This document shows, one piece after another, positions 58,761 to 64,000 of a stretch of 64,000 nucleotides of DNA. Below the pieces are notes generated by a model. That model did not search any database, had not been told where the DNA came from, and saw only the letters and a program-made list of their open reading frames with translations. Both the position numbers and the translations under genes were made by a program. Position 1 is the first letter of the stretch, and every line of letters starts with the position of its first letter. Source of the stretch: Octopus sinensis (Eukaryota); assembly GCF_006345805.1 (NCBI RefSeq), contig NC_043004.1, positions 24,056,001-24,120,000 of the forward strand. The letters run 5' to 3'.

Positions 58761-61639
58761 TTTACCCCTTTACATCCACGCCTGATTGAACGTTAATTAA
58801 TAACGAAACTTCCGTCAAACCAAATTAAATCTAACCATAACTTACTTGCCTCTTCTCCTCCCCACTTCTTACTACCTGTTCTACGTACAATAAACCTAAA
58901 TATCATTTATATACCTCCACTTAAAAATAGAACAGTGTATATAAAGCAGAAACGGAATCTAAGTAAAGCAGAGTCTGATGAAGGAGAGCAAACCAAAATT
59001 TCGAAGTGACTATCAACCTTTCTCATGTAAAATTTAATAAGTATATACGCTACGAAAAAGCTTTAAGTAAAACTTTAATTCCGTATTAAATTGTTTTTAT
59101 ATATAAAATGACATAAAACATTGATGTGTGTGTATACATATTTGCATGCATCTATGCATGCATGTGCATACGTATGAGTGTGAGAGTGTGTGTACATGTG
59201 TATCTGTGTCTGTTTATGTATGACTACGTGTGTGTTTATGCATACCTTTATGTATTTTATATATATATACATACATAAAACGTACATACATACATACATA
59301 AATACAGAAGGAGGAAAACGCTTACTCATGTACGCACACACACATTCACTCACACACACACAGTGTTGATCAATCAGCACCTCCCATTATTATGTTACTA
59401 AACATGTTTATTAGTATTCGTACATTAGTGTACGTGACAGGTGATTAGTATTCGTAATGGAGGTCAAATATAGAAGACACTACCAATTGAGGTCAAGTAG
59501 TTGACTCAAGAACATGTACTACATGTGCTTCACTTCAACTCTAGGCACGCTCTCCAGACATTTCCACACTAAACATTTCATTATATAAATTTATGCATTT
59601 CTCTCTACTTTTCTCATTGTTCACTTACAAATAATTTTCTAATTTTCTAAGTGTTCTCATCTTGTAGATAACCTCCGAAGCTGTATATTTTGAATTCAAT
59701 TGTTGTGATTTCGTGAGTTCGCTTTTAAGTACAGTTCAACCGTCAGGTATTTTCGAGTGTCTCTTGAAACGAGGTTAAATTCTTCCGGAGCCCAGATCAC
59801 ATGGCGGATTCTGGTAATTACCCAGTCGACCTATTTGTAGTCGCTAAGCCAACAAGAAAGTGTAGACAAATTCCCGAAATTCACAGCCTGCCCTCTTAAA
59901 AAGGAAATACGCGTTAGCGGGAATGTATAGTAGCGCGAGATATTTAAGGAATAGCGGGAATGTATAGTAGCACGGGATATTAAGCACGGAATGCATTAAA
60001 TCTTACATCAGCTCAAAAACAGCAGCAACTCTCAAGGGGGTGACACAAACTGCTGAAAATATCAACTAATTCTTTCTGACGTCACAGAGTCTAAGGAGTA
60101 AGAAGCCTGTATTACATGATATCATTCCAGATAAACTGGGTGAGACAAAAAGTAAGAAAACAAACTGCTCATATTTAGAATATTTGATCACAGAGTGTCT
60201 ATCAAATCAAACTTACTATGGATTACAAAGCAACAAGATTTCTTGCGGTCTTATTAATTATAACGGGTGATTAGATGAATATAGAGTATATCTATTTAAT
60301 TACTTTGTCATATTTTGAACTCGTTCTCTGTAATGTAATGCAATATAATGCCACCATATTTAGAAATATCAATATATATCTATATACATATATAGCCTAT
60401 TTGAAAGTAAGATATTTTACTTTACTGGAGGCAGTCCTGTTCCGGGATATAAACGAATAAAGCAATAAATGTTATCTATGTACACTATGTTTGAAAGAAG
60501 TATAGGTATTTCAGCTTTCTGTTTCAACTAAGCTTACTTCGTACATACAAAAATGTCACTAACTTATAAGTAAAGGCATTCCCGCTCTTTTCCTCTCTTT
60601 TTTTAAGATTATGGTTATTTTTTTCTTTTAGATTGTGTTAGTTTTCGTTTTGAAGGAGATAGCAGACTGGAGCGGTAACATGTCAAGTTGAAATAGAAAC
60701 TGAATTCTTAGCAGCGCTAAAAGTATTTTGCCATGCGCAAAGACGATGCACAACTTGAAAGTAATATCGGGTGGAGTTAATCAAATTCTGCGATGACGCT
60801 GAGAAGCTCATGGTGACCGTTAGAATATGGTTAGTTGATGCTTGAATCACGGTTTGCTCTAGTTTAAAGTCTACACAGAATCTATAACTTACGTATTCTT
60901 GCAGCTGTTAGCATTTAAAAGAGAGATGAGAAGAAAGATCTTACATTGTTTTATGTTGCAAAATTAAGAAAACACTATCCGCAATTGAATTTTGCTAACT
61001 ATTTTATTGTGATTAACTCAAACATTTAACGATCAACTTGCTAATCGAGAACATTCTCAAAACGCATTAATCAACAATGTTTTATCTACGATTTTGTTCG
61101 AGAATTATTGTAACTGTCAACGATGCCTCATTTATTGACACTCTAACACATACGTGACAAAACATTTCTGCTGTACATGTGAAACTTTTTACACGACATT
61201 CTATAGAATACACTGCATAAGCTCTAAACAATCTGCCCCCATTTCCAATCAGGCAGATATTTACTAATTTTCAAAATTAGAAAACACTTTATATAATAGA
61301 TAACATTTTACCAAATGTCTCCTGCGGTCAACGACCCCGATTTCTCTAATATGGTATTCATTGTATTTGCGATGAAAAGCAATAAATAGTCGAAGCACAA
61401 TTCTATAAAATAAGTTGTAGGTATTACTGTATAGAATGTATACAACAATAAGTCATAAACCATCTATACACTGATACTAAATTTTCAGCCTGCAATGTTT
61501 AGACATTAAAAAATCTGCATTTGTTCGATTGTACCATTGGCGTTAATTTAGACTGGAGCCTTGACCATGGTATAAATTAAGATATGCATATCCTTGGGAT
61601 ATAAAACGAAGAACTATATATTATAGATACATACATACA

Positions 61640-61674
<35 letters not shown>

Positions 61675-62003
61675 CGCATGGCTCAGTGGTTAGAGCGTCG
61701 AGCTTACGATCGTGAGGTTGTGAGCTCGAATCCCGGACCGGGCTGGGTGTTGTGTTCTTGAGCAAGGCACTTTATTTCACGTTGCTCCAGTTCACTCAGC
61801 TGTAGAAATGAGTTGCGACGTCACTGGTGCCAAGCTGTATCGACCTTTGTCTTTCCCTTGGATAACACTGGTGGCGTGGAGAGGGGAGGCTGGTATGCAT
61901 GGGCGACTGCTGGTCTTCCATAAACAACCTTACCCGGACTTGTGTCTAGGAGGGTAACTTTCTAGGTGCAATCCCATGGTCATTCATGACCGAAGGGGGT
62001 CTT

Positions 62004-62009
<6 letters not shown>
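61675..62009 (+). mobile_element. tRNA-derived SINE, body B2 with tail T3
   Basis: Clean head TGGCTCAGTGGTTAGAGCG..GTGAGCTCGAATCCCGG, same body as 58494, a different tail ending GACCGAAGGGGGTCTTTACCCT. Flanked by (CATA)n and (TA)n. Confidence 0.85.
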
Positions 62010-62048
<39 letters not shown>

Positions 62049-62249
62049 TAATTGAAAGAATTATCTTATTAAGGATAATTCGAAAGATAACCGATAACTG
62101 GGTAGCAAATTCACATCAGAAAGAACACGGTTGAAGCTACGTCCCTAGGGCATAGACTACGTATCTTCGTGCGGAAATTTGTATGTTTATCTTAAAATTA
62201 TAAGTATATGAAAGAATGGAGTTGAAGGACTAGTTAACAAATATCCTTT

Positions 62250-62334
62250 ATTCTCGACATATGTTTCGAAGGCTGCATATTCCTAATTCCGAAGGAATAA
62301 GGAGTACATTATGCAGATTTCTCATCAGGAAAAT
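62250..62334 (-). ncRNA. Type I hammerhead ribozyme with extended stem II (left copy)
   Basis: ATTTTC-CTGATGA-[54-nt stem II]-GAAA-CATAT-GTC^GAGAAT. Core intact, 6-bp stem I, palindromic stem III ACATATGT. Confidence 0.88.
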
Positions 62335-62408
62335 CAAGGAACTTATGTCGACATCAAAATGCACAAAAAACTTTTACCTGACGGCTCTCAAGGAGCCCAT
62401 GACGATAA

Positions 62409-62493
62409 ATTTTCCTGATGAGAAATATGCATAATGTACTCCTTATTCCTTCGGAATTAGGAATATGCAGCCTTCGAAACATATGTCGAGAAT
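62409..62493 (+). ncRNA. Type I hammerhead ribozyme with extended stem II (right copy)
   Basis: Stem I ATTTTC 62409-14 / GAGAAT 62488-93; CTGATGA 62415-21; stem II G62422-C62475 with TGCATA/TATGCA and TCCT-T-ATTCC-TTC-GGAAT-T-AGGA helices; GAAA 62476-79; predicted cleavage after C62487. Confidence 0.88.
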
Positions 62494-62738
62494 AAAGGAT
62501 ATTTGTTAACTAGTCGTTCAACTCCATTCTTTCATATACTTATAATTTTAAAATAAATATATATATATATTCTCTCAGACATTTCACTCCGGTGATAGAC
62601 ATTTCTTCAGCCTAGTACTTATTTTATCGGTCCGCTTTACCTAACAGCTATGTTACAGTGAGGTAAACACACCAACAAGCGGTGGGGGGAGGGGGACAAA
62701 CACATGCACAAACACATACACACACATACACACATAAA

Positions 62739-63612
62739 AGGTGTGGTAGATAAACTGTTATCGAAATTGAGCAAAAAGGAAAATAACACTGACATCTCAT
62801 TTTAGCTGATATACTTACAAAACTTACATTAAACTTTCTTGAAATACTAAAATGTAAATTTATTCCTTAAAACGCCATTGGCTTCAACCAGGGCCTTCAG
62901 ACGAAGCTGGAATCTGCTGCAACTCTTCTGGACGGTCTCCTTGTTAAGTTGTAGAATATTGCCATAATATTGCCATAATCCTTGGTGTTATAGGGAGTTT
63001 TGTTGGTCTCTCGCTCACCTGCGGCCCACACATAATAATCTAGGATGTTGCAGTCTGGGGAATTAGGTGGCCAGATGTTAGGGGTGATGTGGTCGCAGAA
63101 ATTGTCTGACAGTCATGACTGGGTTCTCCTGCTTGTGTAGCATTGTGCACAGTCCTGTTGCCAGACATAGGGTCTTCCAGCAGCCACCCACTTGACTGTC
63201 GGCATCACTAACTCCTCCAAGAACTGGATGTAAGACTTCGTGTTGAGTCTGAGGCCGTGTTGGAAGATGAATGGAGGCATAACGTCGCCATCACTAGTAA
63301 TTACTCCAAACACCATGATGTTGACTGGATGTTTGATTTTTATCACTCTCGGTACATATCCTCAGATAGTATTTTCCTCAGATTTACACGCAAATACTCT
63401 GAAATGTTCGTATTGGTGCGTCGGGTGCCGAATACCATATATATATATTTTCCAAATTTCTGGCAGAGCGAATTGCGTCATGGTGCTGTTCTTCACATAG
63501 AAGGTGCCCAATTATTTCTGCTATACTGTGTAGACGTCAAAATTAAAAAGAAATAATGCGCATGCGCGAAATCAAAAATATAAAATGGCGACAATTTACC
63601 CATCACATACTG
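62739..63612 (-). mobile_element. maT-like (DD37D) element, same family as 10056-11223, internally deleted
   Basis: 5' end CAGTATGTGATGGGTAAATTGTCGCC matches 10056-10082. MTQFALPEIWK start, then a jump to VPRVIKIKHPVNIMVFGVITSDGDVMPPF..YVWQQDCAQCYTSRRTQS. The 3' flank matches 11040-11200. Confidence 0.88.
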
Positions 63613-63620
63613 TGTGTGTG

Positions 63621-63652
<32 letters not shown>

Positions 63653-64000
63653 GTTAAATACGATAGGCTTCTTTCAGTTTCCGTTCACCTGCGCCTTTAT
63701 ATATATATATATACACATATATTTATTTATGTTTATATATGTGTGTGTGTGTGTCTATGCGTGAGTGTATACACGCGTATACCCAAGTATGCAAACATTG
63801 ACCTGCAGTAATTAAATCACCTTGAGAGAGATGCAACATAAGTTAGGTTCATATACCAACTACGTTATATAATTCGATTAAAGAGGTAGACGATTTGCGT
63901 GATTAGTTTGAGAATATATATAATTTGAAGCACAGAACATGGTATTTCAACCACAGAATACAGATAGATTATTATTAACATCACAATAACTGGCTACAAA

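Larger units (their letters stand above)
62186..62557. repeat. Long inverted repeat: 149-bp arms (146/149 identical), 74-bp unique spacer
   Basis: 62186-62334 is the reverse complement of 62409-62557 with no indels; mismatches at 62191/62552, 62227/62516 and 62316/62427. Confidence 0.97.

Noticed and set aside
58970-59010. CTGATGAAGG..CCAAAA hammerhead-like string
   Set aside because: No GAAA, only a 2-bp stem II and no stem III or cleavage triplet.
61675-61740. tRNA-like heads scored as tRNA genes
   Set aside because: They lack a complete acceptor stem and continue into shared SINE bodies.

Overview
AT-rich eukaryotic DNA crowded with microsatellites ((TA)n, (CA)n, (CATA)n, (GATA)n, (TAT)n) and transposon debris. 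The repeat families look like those of an octopus or other coleoid cephalopod; this is an inference from family resemblance, not from a search. I found no host protein-coding gene, rRNA, intact tRNA, CRISPR array or prokaryotic system. Most ORFs in the track are YI/HT/VC translations of microsatellites. Supportable features are: (1) a young, 5'-truncated CR1-like LINE with an unbroken 916-aa ORF, lying between two (TA)n tracts; (2) a 5'-truncated Penelope-like element (RT C-terminus plus GIY-YIG) with a hammerhead ribozyme in its 3' region; (3) three maT-like (DD37D) relics, one rosa-like relic and two mariner relics; (4) two RTE relics, one with a clean internal inversion; (5) a Helitron 3' end, a probable hAT-like relic and a small TIR element; (6) more than 20 tRNA-derived SINE copies built from shuffled modules. 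The best candidate for something undescribed is a set of short hammerhead-bearing elements next to (TA)n. These include a head-to-head pair of complete long-stem-II hammerheads in a 149-bp inverted repeat (62186-62557) and a three-copy family with a non-canonical core (CUGUNGA). Also notable is a LINE/SINE pair sharing a 39-nt 3' tail with compensatory stem changes. All of these belong to known broad classes. Whether the specific families or arrangements are new cannot be settled without database searches, and no ribozyme activity is shown here. Repeat boundaries are approximate unless stated to the base.
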